Shown: piece by piece, positions 8,206-17,276 of the stretch
Layout: each line of letters starts with the position of its first letter
Numbering within the stretch: position 1 is the first letter of the stretch
DNA from: a virus
DNA length: 64,000 nt
Reading direction: 5' to 3' (one strand)
IMG/VR virus record: IMGVR_UViG_3300046820_003928
Span: 64,001-128,000 of that record
The notes under the pieces: model-generated
Told to the model about the DNA's origin: nothing
What the model saw: the letters and a program-made list of their open reading frames with translations, nothing else
Databases searched by the model: none
Program-made: the position numbers and the translations under genes

Positions 8206-9543
8206 TTACTTGAGACCTGCCAGGGTGGCCCAGCGATCGACTTCACCTGCACCGTTCATGCGAGCAGATGATGAGGTAACTGGACGTGATGCCAGACCGG
8301 CTGTGTGCTTGACTGATTCGTTGAGAGACTCATTCTTCGATGTGATCGAGGTGGTGAGGCTCTCAAAGAGCAACTTGGCTTCGCGAAGATTCGATGCGCC
8401 GTCAAGAGCCTCGATGATTGCGCGACGTTGATTAGGTGCAACGTCCTTGTTCTGGAGGATCTTGTTTACATAAAGAAGCTTGGCGTTGAACAAGTTTAGA
8501 TCGGAAAGTTGCTCACGAAGCGTTTCAATTGCGCCTCTGTAATCATTGAGCTGATTCTTGAGGGCGTGATTTTCACGCGCTCCTTCCTTGATCTTCTTCT
8601 TGGCGAGATCTAGCTCGTTCATGTTGACGTCCATTGCGTCACCCTCGAGCGTGCCACCGCCAAAGGCTGCTGCTGCAACCTTGTGCGATTTTTCAGATGA
8701 ACCCTTTTTACGAGACTTAGCCTCGCGGAGCCTTGCAAGCTCACGACGAAGCATGTTCTCATCAATCTCATAGACCATCTCAGCGAGAGCCTCCTCGTCG
8801 CCTTCTTCAGCGCCGGCCTCAGCTGCTGGCTCGACGGGAGCAGCCTCAGCTTCCTCCTCGCCAACCTCAACCTCTTCCTCCTCGCCTTCGGTCTCTTCGA
8901 ATTCAATTCCCATAAGACCGAGCTTGTCAAATGCCTCTTTCTCTTCGGCAGTTCCAACAAGCTTGAGCACGGCTTCTTCAAGGTCATCCTCGTCGCCGTG
9001 CATCATTTCATCGAGCTCATAGAGCTCCTCATCCATCACTTTGTTCATTTTAGCTCCTTTAGCCTTTGATTCAGTCTCAGAGACAACGGATTTCTTGAGT
9101 TCCTCAAGGTCTACCTCGTAGGATCCGCTTGCCTCAACAGTTTCGGTCTCCTCGGACTCACCCTCTTTGATGAGTGCCAGGAGCCTTCCCTGCTCCTCTT
9201 CTGAAAGCGAGTCAAAGGCTTCAGAAAGAGCTGCAAGATCATCATTCTTTCCGGCGGAGCTTCTTTGTGATCCATTCATTAGATCTACAAGAGAGCGAAG
9301 GGCAGTCTCATCAAGTGCCACTTCTTCATCGGCGCCTTCCGCCTTTCCGTCTTCTTCGGAGATCGCTGTTGCAAGAAAGTCTGCGTCTTCGTTGACTGGA
9401 GTCTCTCCTACAAGCTGACTTTCAATAAACTCTCTAATCTTAGGAGTAACCGCCTCGATGATGGCGTTCTTTGCATTGAGCTCTGCTACTTCTCGAAGCT
9501 GCTTAGCGTCAGCAATCGCCTCTTCGAACAGTGATCTCGACAT
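8206..9543 (-). CDS. Prohead core/scaffolding protein (gp22-like)
   Basis: Directly upstream of the capsid gene; very acidic, coiled-coil, many [IL]xE sites; C-terminal RWATLAGLK. Confidence 0.8.
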   Translation of the reverse strand: MSRSLFEEAIADAKQLREVAELNAKNAIIEAVTPKIREFIESQLVGETPVNEDADFLATAISEEDGKAEGADEEVALDETALRSLVDLMNGSQRSSAGKNDDLAALSEAFDSLSEEEQGRLLALIKEGESEETETVEASGSYEVDLEELKKSVVSETESKAKGAKMNKVMDEELYELDEMMHGDEDDLEEAVLKLVGTAEEKEAFDKLGLMGIEFEETEGEEEEVEVGEEEAEAAPVEPAAEAGAEEGDEEALAEMVYEIDENMLRRELARLREAKSRKKGSSEKSHKVAAAAFGGGTLEGDAMDVNMNELDLAKKKIKEGARENHALKNQLNDYRGAIETLREQLSDLNLFNAKLLYVNKILQNKDVAPNQRRAIIEALDGASNLREAKLLFESLTTSITSKNESLNESVKHTAGLASRPVTSSSARMNGAGEVDRWATLAGLK

Positions 9544-9593
9544 ATTCTTTCCTCTAATGCTGAAATTATGTATATCTATGCTTTGGTTTCTTC

Positions 9594-10139
9594 TTATTCT
9601 TGACTAAGTCTTGCAATTTTTAGCTTTTTTCTTGTTCTTTCTCGAAGATCGGGATTAACAGCGTCTACAAATCGAAAGGGAGCCTGATCTGTCACAGGGT
9701 TTGCTTTGACATCTCCCATTGACCACCCGCGTGGATCGACATCGACGACGCCTGGTGCAACAGTAAAAGAGGGATTTGAAGATGTCCCACCAAGAGCAGG
9801 TCCGTCAAATTTTCTCATTGGAAAAGGAACGATTCCAGAAAGTGTAGTTCTAGGAGTCGCTGAGTTCTCTGCGAGATCTAATCGATTCTTTGCCATTGTG
9901 AATCGATCAGTTCTTGAGAACGGTTCAGGTCTTTTTGCAAGGTTGCCATAGCTAACTTTTTTATTTATGAGGGCTCTCAGATTTAGTCCAGAATCACTAT
10001 CATCATACGCTTCTTCTTCATCACTGTTTTCTGTATTGTAGGGAAATTTATCACCAGATTTCTCTGGATTTTGAAATCCCTTCCTTCCAGTAAACCCATA
10101 GCCAGCGCCAGTCCTTTGATCGTGGACAAATTTTGGCAT
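9594..10139 (-). CDS. Hypothetical head-module protein
   Basis: 181-aa ORF, TGATG-coupled to the upstream gene. Confidence 0.65.
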   Translation of the reverse strand: MPKFVHDQRTGAGYGFTGRKGFQNPEKSGDKFPYNTENSDEEEAYDDSDSGLNLRALINKKVSYGNLAKRPEPFSRTDRFTMAKNRLDLAENSATPRTTLSGIVPFPMRKFDGPALGGTSSNPSFTVAPGVVDVDPRGWSMGDVKANPVTDQAPFRFVDAVNPDLRERTRKKLKIARLSQE

Positions 10140-10669
10140 CAGGAACGTCCGTCAGATCCTAGATAAGACCTTCCTGAGATGTATGATCCAATTGTCTGCC
10201 CTGCAACACCAGGAGTCGTCTCTGATGGTGATACTGCGCCTAGACCAAATCCATATTCATTTCCCTTTTCTGGAAGCTGTCCAACATACTCAGGAATATC
10301 GTACGGAGACGTGCTACCCGGACCAGGAGATGCTGGGTTGGGAACATATGGAGATGCTGGGAGGCCCTCGCCTCCGACAGGAACTGTTTCAAGGTCTGGC
10401 ACGCCAGAGAAATTTAGATCGAATGACCCAAAGGCATATCCGCCATCATTTACGACGCCAGATGTGACACCGATGTTTGGTATGCTATCCCCGGGACCGC
10501 CATTCCCATTCAGCGCAGCAATTGCTGCATTCTTTACAGCCTCTTCGCTGTATGTCGTTCCCACAGGAGTTGCAAACATCGCCGAAAGATTGACATCGTT
10601 CCGATGACCAAGACCACCCTCTCCGGGAACGCCTTGCGGCACAACAGTCGAATACTTTACAGATGACAT
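10139..10669 (-). CDS. Hypothetical G/P-rich head-module protein
   Basis: AGGAG RBS 6 nt before ATG 10669 (track starts at TTG 10675). Confidence 0.7.
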   Translation of the reverse strand: MSSVKYSTVVPQGVPGEGGLGHRNDVNLSAMFATPVGTTYSEEAVKNAAIAALNGNGGPGDSIPNIGVTSGVVNDGGYAFGSFDLNFSGVPDLETVPVGGEGLPASPYVPNPASPGPGSTSPYDIPEYVGQLPEKGNEYGFGLGAVSPSETTPGVAGQTIGSYISGRSYLGSDGRS

Positions 10670-10702
10670 TTGCAACTCCTGTGTAACAGTTTTTAAGGTT
10701 GA

Positions 10703-10987
10703 TTAATCAAGATCGTTGACAATCTGACGGCGGAGAGCAAGACGACGCTCCTGGATCTTGCGAAGCTGGTCGCGAAGCTCGACTTCCTGCTCCTTGAGCA
10801 TCTTGAGGGTCTGAAGCTTCTTGCCGGGAGTCTGCTTCACTGTGTGTGCAGGCTTGCCTGGCCACTCCTCGTCCATCTCAAGAGCAAGATCCTTCTTTGC
10901 CTGCTTTGTCTTCTTGTCATTCATCATCTTCGCCTTCTCCTCGAGAACGAGCTTGCGAAGCATATCGGGTGTAAGCTTGGTTGCCAT
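10703..10987 (-). CDS. Small coiled-coil head protein, probable internal/core protein
   Basis: AAGGAG RBS, late motif upstream, high GC3, N-terminal KLTPDMLRKLVLEE. Confidence 0.7.
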   Translation of the reverse strand: MATKLTPDMLRKLVLEEKAKMMNDKKTKQAKKDLALEMDEEWPGKPAHTVKQTPGKKLQTLKMLKEQEVELRDQLRKIQERRLALRRQIVNDLD

Positions 10988-11014
10988 TTTAAAACTCCTT
11001 AGGGTTTCAAAGAT

Positions 11015-11028
11015 TAAATATCACAGAA
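11015..11028 (-). promoter_or_regulatory. Putative late promoter TTCTGTGATATTTA
   Basis: 13/14 identical to 20661-20674; shares TGTGATATTTA with 26543-26553. Confidence 0.55.
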
Positions 11029-11029
11029 C

Positions 11030-11539
11030 CTACGATCTTGTGGGAACCTTTTCAGCAAATGCCAGCGCAGCCCACATTCCTGCACTTTCTCCAAAAATGT
11101 CTGTCGGATCGCTTTTTAGCATTGCTCTAGATGCGGCATCTCCTGCAGATTCAATCATCTGTTCGTGACTAACCCGACCAGAAGAAGATTCAGACATGCT
11201 CATGTAGGCACCATTTCTTGCAGTGTCTGCAAAGATGTCAGCCATTATAGGATCAGATGTGATAGAGCTGGCAAGAGCTGCTGTTCTTTGATTTACAGAT
11301 GTAGTGCCTTCCCGTATTTCTTCCCTCTTTGGAAGAAAGCTAATCTTATCTGCAATTGATTGTCTTGGATTCTGAGGTTGTTTGGTGCCTTGCGAGGTGC
11401 TCATTCCGCGAACCGGAGCAGCCGTGCGCATCTGTCGTGACTCATTTATAGTCTGCTGAGTCTCTGAGAGACCCTCTGCGAGGATCTCAACGAGGCATTC
11501 TTTGACCAGGTTTTTCAGGTCATTTCTTGTCATCTTCAT
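11030..11539 (-). CDS. Hypothetical head protein, probable internal/core protein
   Basis: Follows the prohead protease; N-terminal MKMTRNDLKNLVKECLVEILAE amphipathic helix. Confidence 0.7.
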   Translation of the reverse strand: MKMTRNDLKNLVKECLVEILAEGLSETQQTINESRQMRTAAPVRGMSTSQGTKQPQNPRQSIADKISFLPKREEIREGTTSVNQRTAALASSITSDPIMADIFADTARNGAYMSMSESSSGRVSHEQMIESAGDAASRAMLKSDPTDIFGESAGMWAALAFAEKVPTRS

Positions 11540-11542
11540 TTA

Positions 11543-12148
11543 TCACTTCCAGGATTTGATCTCATTGAAGATTCTATTGATGCGATCAGATCTATTAAAG
11601 GTTGCACGAAGATCGACAGGATTTATTGATCTTGACTCACGAAGCATAAAGGCACCGGGTGTGCTCGGCTCAGAAACAATATCAAAACAGATCAGCTGGA
11701 AATCCTCTTGTACAACTGTGTGTCCGTCCTGCTGACGAGTAGATCCTACGCCTCTTGAGGAAATCCCAAGTGTAACTCCTGATTCGATGAGACTCTGCAA
11801 GATCTTTCCGCTAGGAGTATCTAGCAGCTCAACAGATCCATAAACAGTATCTCCCTCCATCCGGGCTTCTCTAACGATATGAGAGGCGTTCTTGAGTTCA
11901 ACAACAGAGGTGTCTGGGTGATCACACTCACCAAGCGCGCGATTTTCTCGGATGAACTTCTGGTAGTTGATTATCTCTCTTTCCAGTATGGCTCGTGGGT
12001 AGATTCTACCATTTTGATTGAGTGTATCAGATCTCTGGATTATGCCCTTAAGCATGATCTTGCCCCCGTTAAGGGCTCGAGACTCCTTGATGAGGTCAGG
12101 AGTAAGTGAGAGGGGTGTCCACTCAGTAAGCAGAGAAAGTGCGCTCAT
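11543..12148 (-). CDS. gp21: Prohead core protease (T4 gp21-like)
   Basis: NQNGRIYP, ALGECDHP, LGISSRGVGS, FDIVSEPSTPGA. Confidence 0.95.
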   Translation of the reverse strand: MSALSLLTEWTPLSLTPDLIKESRALNGGKIMLKGIIQRSDTLNQNGRIYPRAILEREIINYQKFIRENRALGECDHPDTSVVELKNASHIVREARMEGDTVYGSVELLDTPSGKILQSLIESGVTLGISSRGVGSTRQQDGHTVVQEDFQLICFDIVSEPSTPGAFMLRESRSINPVDLRATFNRSDRINRIFNEIKSWK

Positions 12149-13002
12149 TTTGCCTCCTTAGATTCCTCGATGAGCTGTGATAGAGTCATTAGTCGACCAA
12201 GGGTCTCGTCATTTAGGTTCTTAGTATCAAGATCATTAACGCGCTTTCTTATGTTAGAGATGTTCTCCTGGATAATCTGATTTTTCTCATTCTTCTCAAT
12301 TTCATCTAGGCAGGCAAGAGAATCAACTTTAATCTTTTGAGCACGCTCAATCATCCGCTCTGTTGGTCCCACATCAGACTTCATGAGGACATAATCTCTT
12401 ATGATCGCCTGCTGATCCTGCGTAAGACTTCCTGCATACTTTTTATTGAATTTTTCATTGAGGATTTTGACAACAAGCGTGTCAACATTTTCGTTTACCT
12501 GAGGCATTGGCTCGGCGTGGGGCAATTCACTTCTTAGCATCTCAACGAGCTTTGTCTCAATTAGAACTGTCTTGGCAAGATCAGATCTATCGCCAAGCGC
12601 CCATTCATTGAGCGCCACCTGGATCGTAGCAAGGTCTCTGTAGTTTGAGATTCGACGGTGAAAAAACATGCTATCATTGAGCGTGTGATTGATATCCTTG
12701 ATTAGAAGAGACTTCTCTCTATCAAGCTTTGTAAAGTCAATACGACGCGCTGCTGCCTTCGACTCTGTCAGAATAACTGCAGATATGGCAGAATCAGAAA
12801 CTCTTGTTTTTGCAAGAGCATTGAACAGTCTGAACTCCTTAAATAGCTCAGTGTCCCTAGCAAACCGCTTTGAAACAATGTCAAGCGCGATTTGTGCCTT
12901 GCTTCTGTTTCCTTCGATTAGGTATGAAGAAACTGCACGAAGCAAGAGCTCATATACAATTCCAACATTTCTTTTCTTGTTATGATTGATTCCCGTTTCC
13001 AT
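12145..13002 (-). CDS. Hypothetical head morphogenesis protein
   Basis: Between portal and protease, coupled at both ends; HNKKRNVGIVYELL. Confidence 0.75.
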   Translation of the reverse strand: METGINHNKKRNVGIVYELLLRAVSSYLIEGNRSKAQIALDIVSKRFARDTELFKEFRLFNALAKTRVSDSAISAVILTESKAAARRIDFTKLDREKSLLIKDINHTLNDSMFFHRRISNYRDLATIQVALNEWALGDRSDLAKTVLIETKLVEMLRSELPHAEPMPQVNENVDTLVVKILNEKFNKKYAGSLTQDQQAIIRDYVLMKSDVGPTERMIERAQKIKVDSLACLDEIEKNEKNQIIQENISNIRKRVNDLDTKNLNDETLGRLMTLSQLIEESKEAK

Positions 13003-15035
13003 TACTCTTTCTCCCCTGTCGTATTTGACACAGAGCCGATATTATCTAATGATCTAAGTATCCCTTCGACTTCAAGATCTCTTTGTTCAGTACTTCTTAT
13101 ACTTCTATCTAGAAATTTTTCAATAAAGCTATCCTTTTCGTCAATCTTTATCTTGTGTGCATTCTTGAGGGGATTGACGAGATCTTTCTTTTCTCCGTAG
13201 GGATGTGCTATTGAATCTCTTGGGTCTTTCTTGTCGGATCCAGCAAGATCATCATGGTGAGTCCTGGTCCCGATAGATCCTGTCATCTTTCTTCTTGATC
13301 TGTTGTAAATTTCTCTCTCTGCATAATCGGGTCCAACTTTTGTCTTCTCATCAAGAATCTTGCGAGGTGAAACCGGCGGAGATCTTGTGAGTCCAGCAAA
13401 AGCCTTCAAGGGCAATCCCTTTGAGGCAGCTATGCGAGACAGATCGATCTCTGGATCTCCGTCAAGCTCATCAATCTTCGGGAGTCCCCTTGGATTTCTG
13501 GTGTCTCCTGCTGTTATTGGAGTCTCTCCGCCGCCGGGACCAAGGTCAATACTTGAGGTCTCAGGGCCTGTCTCAGCGGACTCACCAGGAGATCTTCCTG
13601 GAGCACCTTCAGCTCCTTCCTCATCAGTCCCAGGTAGCTTAACAGCTTCGAGCTGGAGTGACTGCTCCTTGTCCTGCACAAGACCCTTGTCAATCGCATC
13701 AATCTCTTCGTCTGGCATCATAAAGATGTTCTTCTTGATCCACTTTAGATCGACAAGATTCTCAACGTTCTTTGCTGCCTGTGCAATGGTAAACTTTGTA
13801 TTGTAAAGCTCCAGCTTCTGTTGTTGTGCAATTGTTGAAGGATTTGTGAGCTTGAGCTCAAAATCAAGAAGATCGTGTCCGTCAAAACCGTTGCAATAAA
13901 GATGAACAATTGCAAGCTTGTTTAGCTCAGAAATGATAGTGCGCTGAATTCTGTTGATTGATCGAGAAAATCTAATGTCTTCCTGCGACAGTGTTGCTTT
14001 GGCGCCGAGACCCTCATCGTATCCAAGGTATGCCTTGGGAATCTTGAGAGCAGAAAACAGCTTCTTTTGGATGTACTGGACGTCTTCAATTGCTGCAGCG
14101 TTGGTTCCGCCTCCTAGATTTTCAACCTTTGTCCCAGTTTGTCCGCCTCGAACGGGAATAAAATAATCCTCATCGACGCTCATTGGATTATATCTGAGAT
14201 CAACTCGACCAGAAGTTCTATCGATAACCTGGTTTTTCTTAAGAGTAGCCTGTGCCTGCTCCATGTAGTTTGGAATTTCCTCAGGAGGAACGTTTCCTAC
14301 GTCAACATAGAAGACTCTTCTATCTGGTGATCTAACAATTCGATAGACAAGCATCGAATCTTCAATGAGAATAAGCTGTCTCCAGATTCTTCTAGCAGCC
14401 TCAAGAACAGAAGTTCCATAAGGTAAAAATGCATCATTTCCAAGAAGTCTAAAATGCGAAACTTGCCAATTCTGGAGAAGTTGATTTCCCTGTGTTACCC
14501 AGCGGTATCTAACAGCAAGCGGATCATTTTTATCAAATCCTTCCTCTCTTTCGATCTCATTTACAGCAATCGGAAAGACGTTGATGACGCCATGCTCAGG
14601 AGAGACGTCATTGAAAAGGAAGAAGTCTCCATACTTGCACATGTTCCTGGCCCATGAAGTCATGTTAAAGTTGACATTCAGGGTGTCATAAAAAAGCTCG
14701 TTTAGAAGCCTCTGGATCTGTGAATTCTCAGAGTAGATGTGAAGAATATTTCCCTTGTCATCGGGAGATACTGTCTCTTCTGAGTAGATGTCGAGGGCAC
14801 TTGCAATCTCAGGAGTATATTCCATTTCTTGGAAATCAGAATATCTCGCCATTCTATCATACGCGCCGTAGGCGCTCATTGCTGTGCTATAGACGTTGCT
14901 TTGTGTCTTTCTAAATAGCTCGTATGCAGACGTGCTTGTGTCGTTCGGCTTGTACTCTCTTACTCTTCTTTTAACGACAGGGCCACTGCGAAACAGGGAT
15001 GTGAGTCGATTGAAGATGTTTTCGTTTTTTGCCAT
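13002..15035 (-). CDS. gp20: Portal protein (T4 gp20-like) with a long disordered C-terminal tail
   Basis: PEIASALD, QLILIEDSMLVYRIVRSPDRRVFYVDVGN, EDYFIPVRG, DVQYIQKKLFSALKIP. Confidence 0.95.
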   Translation of the reverse strand: MAKNENIFNRLTSLFRSGPVVKRRVREYKPNDTSTSAYELFRKTQSNVYSTAMSAYGAYDRMARYSDFQEMEYTPEIASALDIYSEETVSPDDKGNILHIYSENSQIQRLLNELFYDTLNVNFNMTSWARNMCKYGDFFLFNDVSPEHGVINVFPIAVNEIEREEGFDKNDPLAVRYRWVTQGNQLLQNWQVSHFRLLGNDAFLPYGTSVLEAARRIWRQLILIEDSMLVYRIVRSPDRRVFYVDVGNVPPEEIPNYMEQAQATLKKNQVIDRTSGRVDLRYNPMSVDEDYFIPVRGGQTGTKVENLGGGTNAAAIEDVQYIQKKLFSALKIPKAYLGYDEGLGAKATLSQEDIRFSRSINRIQRTIISELNKLAIVHLYCNGFDGHDLLDFELKLTNPSTIAQQQKLELYNTKFTIAQAAKNVENLVDLKWIKKNIFMMPDEEIDAIDKGLVQDKEQSLQLEAVKLPGTDEEGAEGAPGRSPGESAETGPETSSIDLGPGGGETPITAGDTRNPRGLPKIDELDGDPEIDLSRIAASKGLPLKAFAGLTRSPPVSPRKILDEKTKVGPDYAEREIYNRSRRKMTGSIGTRTHHDDLAGSDKKDPRDSIAHPYGEKKDLVNPLKNAHKIKIDEKDSFIEKFLDRSIRSTEQRDLEVEGILRSLDNIGSVSNTTGEKE

Positions 15036-15037
15036 GT

Positions 15038-16651
15038 CTATCCTTTAAAGACCCACGCAAATTCAGGCGGGATCATTCCTGGTTGATTTCTTATTCCTCC
15101 AGTCACAAGATCTCTCTTTGCCTGGACGTTCCGTATGTGTTCGTTCCTCATAATACTATTCGATGCGCCGTTAAAGTGATTAGCATTAACTGCCATTCCT
15201 GCAAGCATTGCTCTATTTATTGCACCCGAATCTCGAGAATGTTCTGCAGATGCATCATAAAGCCACGATCCAATTGCAAGAGACATCACAAGATCATCGT
15301 TCTCTCCCTTCATAGCAGAAACCCTGTTGTCCTGCCAGACGAAAGTCTTAAGTTCATCATAAAAGCGAGAAGAATAAGTTACAAGCTGCTTGTTTCTTAG
15401 TAATTCTTCAAGTTTTGTAAGAATCAATCCGCGAGTCTTGCCGCTGGTGTTGAATCCTGCTGTCTCGGTCTCTCCAGGGGGAATATAGTCTCCGATATAG
15501 ACTGCATTGCTCTTCTGGTAATACATCCTCGGATAGTTTAGATCTCTCAGCTTTATGATAGTGGCATATCCGTATGTGTTATTTTCAGGGCAGAGCAATG
15601 CTTTGTTGTATAGCATCCCAAATTCATATAACAGGTCACCAAATCTATCTGGTGCAATTTTTCCACGGTATTCTGCAACTACGTCTCCGACTCCGAGATC
15701 TATCACGTGGAAAGTGGAATAGTCCTTTCCGTCACCGCGTGCAACATCAGCTGAAATTAGATACTTTGATTCTGCTAGTGGGTATCTCCAGATCCAGACG
15801 TTTCTATCGAGTCCCTTTCTATCAATCGGTGTCTTGATATTCGCATACACCCACTTTAGCTCGTCATCTCCGAGAAAAGTCTCTCCTGATGATGCGAAAT
15901 CGCATAAAAGCTCTTGTGCAACTTGACGAGAAGACATATTTCTTGTCTCCTTGTCAAACCACGATTGATCTCTTTCTGGGTGAACGTCCCAGTTAAGCTT
16001 GATGGGATTGAATTCATTGACCCCTGATTCAGCTTCTTTGTAGAGCTTATAGTACTGTCCTCCGACACCGTTCGGAGTTGACAAAATAATTGCCCTGCCA
16101 CCGGTTGACAAAGTAGGATAAAGACCTGTCCATAGCTCGTCAAAGTTTCTAACGAAGGCAGCCTCATCTACAATTAGCAGAGAGAGTGACTCAGATCGAC
16201 CAGCATCATCAGAAGTCGGAACTGCCTTAATAGAAGATCCGTGACTAAACTCTACAAATTGCTTGTTATCAGCCACAACCTGCGGAAGAACTAGCCAGGG
16301 CGGAAGATTTCTGAGGATTGTCTTTGTTTTCTTGATGAAGTTCTGTGCAACCTGCAGCTTTGTTGCAATAATAAGGATGTTTTTATCTTTTTGAAAGAGT
16401 GCCAGCCATACTGCGTATGCTGCAGTAAGTGTTGAAAGACCAAGCTGTCGACTTTTTACAACAATATTAAATCGATGATCTATGAAGTCTTTGACACAGT
16501 CATCCTGGAAGGGGTATGTCTTAAATGACAGAAGTCCCTTGGTTGGATGCTGGATCTTGACATAAGTGTTAAAGAAATAAACTGGATCCTTTCCACATCT
16601 GATTATCTCTTGGACCTGCTTTGTCTTGTTTGGTGCAGGTGATGTCGCCAT
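15038..16651 (-). CDS. gp17: Terminase large subunit (T4 gp17-like)
   Basis: KSRQLGLST, LLIVDEAAF, STPNG; nuclease motifs ADVARGDGKDYS and DDLVMSLA. Confidence 0.95.
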   Translation of the reverse strand: MATSPAPNKTKQVQEIIRCGKDPVYFFNTYVKIQHPTKGLLSFKTYPFQDDCVKDFIDHRFNIVVKSRQLGLSTLTAAYAVWLALFQKDKNILIIATKLQVAQNFIKKTKTILRNLPPWLVLPQVVADNKQFVEFSHGSSIKAVPTSDDAGRSESLSLLIVDEAAFVRNFDELWTGLYPTLSTGGRAIILSTPNGVGGQYYKLYKEAESGVNEFNPIKLNWDVHPERDQSWFDKETRNMSSRQVAQELLCDFASSGETFLGDDELKWVYANIKTPIDRKGLDRNVWIWRYPLAESKYLISADVARGDGKDYSTFHVIDLGVGDVVAEYRGKIAPDRFGDLLYEFGMLYNKALLCPENNTYGYATIIKLRDLNYPRMYYQKSNAVYIGDYIPPGETETAGFNTSGKTRGLILTKLEELLRNKQLVTYSSRFYDELKTFVWQDNRVSAMKGENDDLVMSLAIGSWLYDASAEHSRDSGAINRAMLAGMAVNANHFNGASNSIMRNEHIRNVQAKRDLVTGGIRNQPGMIPPEFAWVFKG

Positions 16652-17035
16652 TTAATCACCGATTTTGTATGTCGTCTTTCTCCGATAATAAACAGTGCGC
16701 TTTGGATTGTAAGGGGACATTGAAATCATCTCAACGGAGTCATCAGATACAACCTCTTTTAGCTTTAGAGCGCTTCCTGATGCCGCCTTGTATGCCTTCT
16801 CAATTTCCTTCACTCTGTCCTTGATCTTTACGACAGACTCTTCTGCTTGAGCTCTTAGCTGGTCTCTTGGGTTTATTCCCATTACGACATTTGCTATCGT
16901 CGTGTACGTAAAGACAATGACATCTCCCTGCATTGTGCTTTTTATGGAGTGTGTCGGGGATGCAACAGTTGAGCTAGCACCCCAGGTGTCATTTAGAATC
17001 TGTCCAAGAATATTGACCTCTTGTGTGCTAAGCAT
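16652..17035 (-). CDS. Hypothetical protein
   Basis: 127-aa ORF abutting the terminase; GAGG RBS. Confidence 0.7.
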   Translation of the reverse strand: MLSTQEVNILGQILNDTWGASSTVASPTHSIKSTMQGDVIVFTYTTIANVVMGINPRDQLRAQAEESVVKIKDRVKEIEKAYKAASGSALKLKEVVSDDSVEMISMSPYNPKRTVYYRRKTTYKIGD

Positions 17036-17276
17036 TGTAACCTCTTTGTCGACGAATTAGTTGCATTCTACTGTTGATATACATATCTATCTGCTCACGT
17101 GATGGCCTCCACCCGGATAGCCACTCGGATTGGCGTGCCTCAACAAGCGTCATAGCACATTCTTGACACATCTCAAATTTCTCAAAATACATCCAGTCCC
17201 TGTTTGCATCATGTGGAAATTCACATGTACCACAGAAAAATGGCATCGAATCAACATGAGACTTTTGCGAATCCAT
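17028..17276 (-). CDS. Small Zn-binding hypothetical protein
   Basis: CGTC...CQEC; start MDSQK at 17276 chosen to minimise overlap. Confidence 0.55.
   Translation of the reverse strand: MDSQKSHVDSMPFFCGTCEFPHDANRDWMYFEKFEMCQECAMTLVEARQSEWLSGWRPSREQIDMYINSRMQLIRRQRGYNA

Noticed and set aside
6248-9418. Many overlapping alternative-frame and antisense ORFs in the capsid and scaffold genes
   Set aside because: Shadow ORFs caused by high GC3; no motifs or RBS
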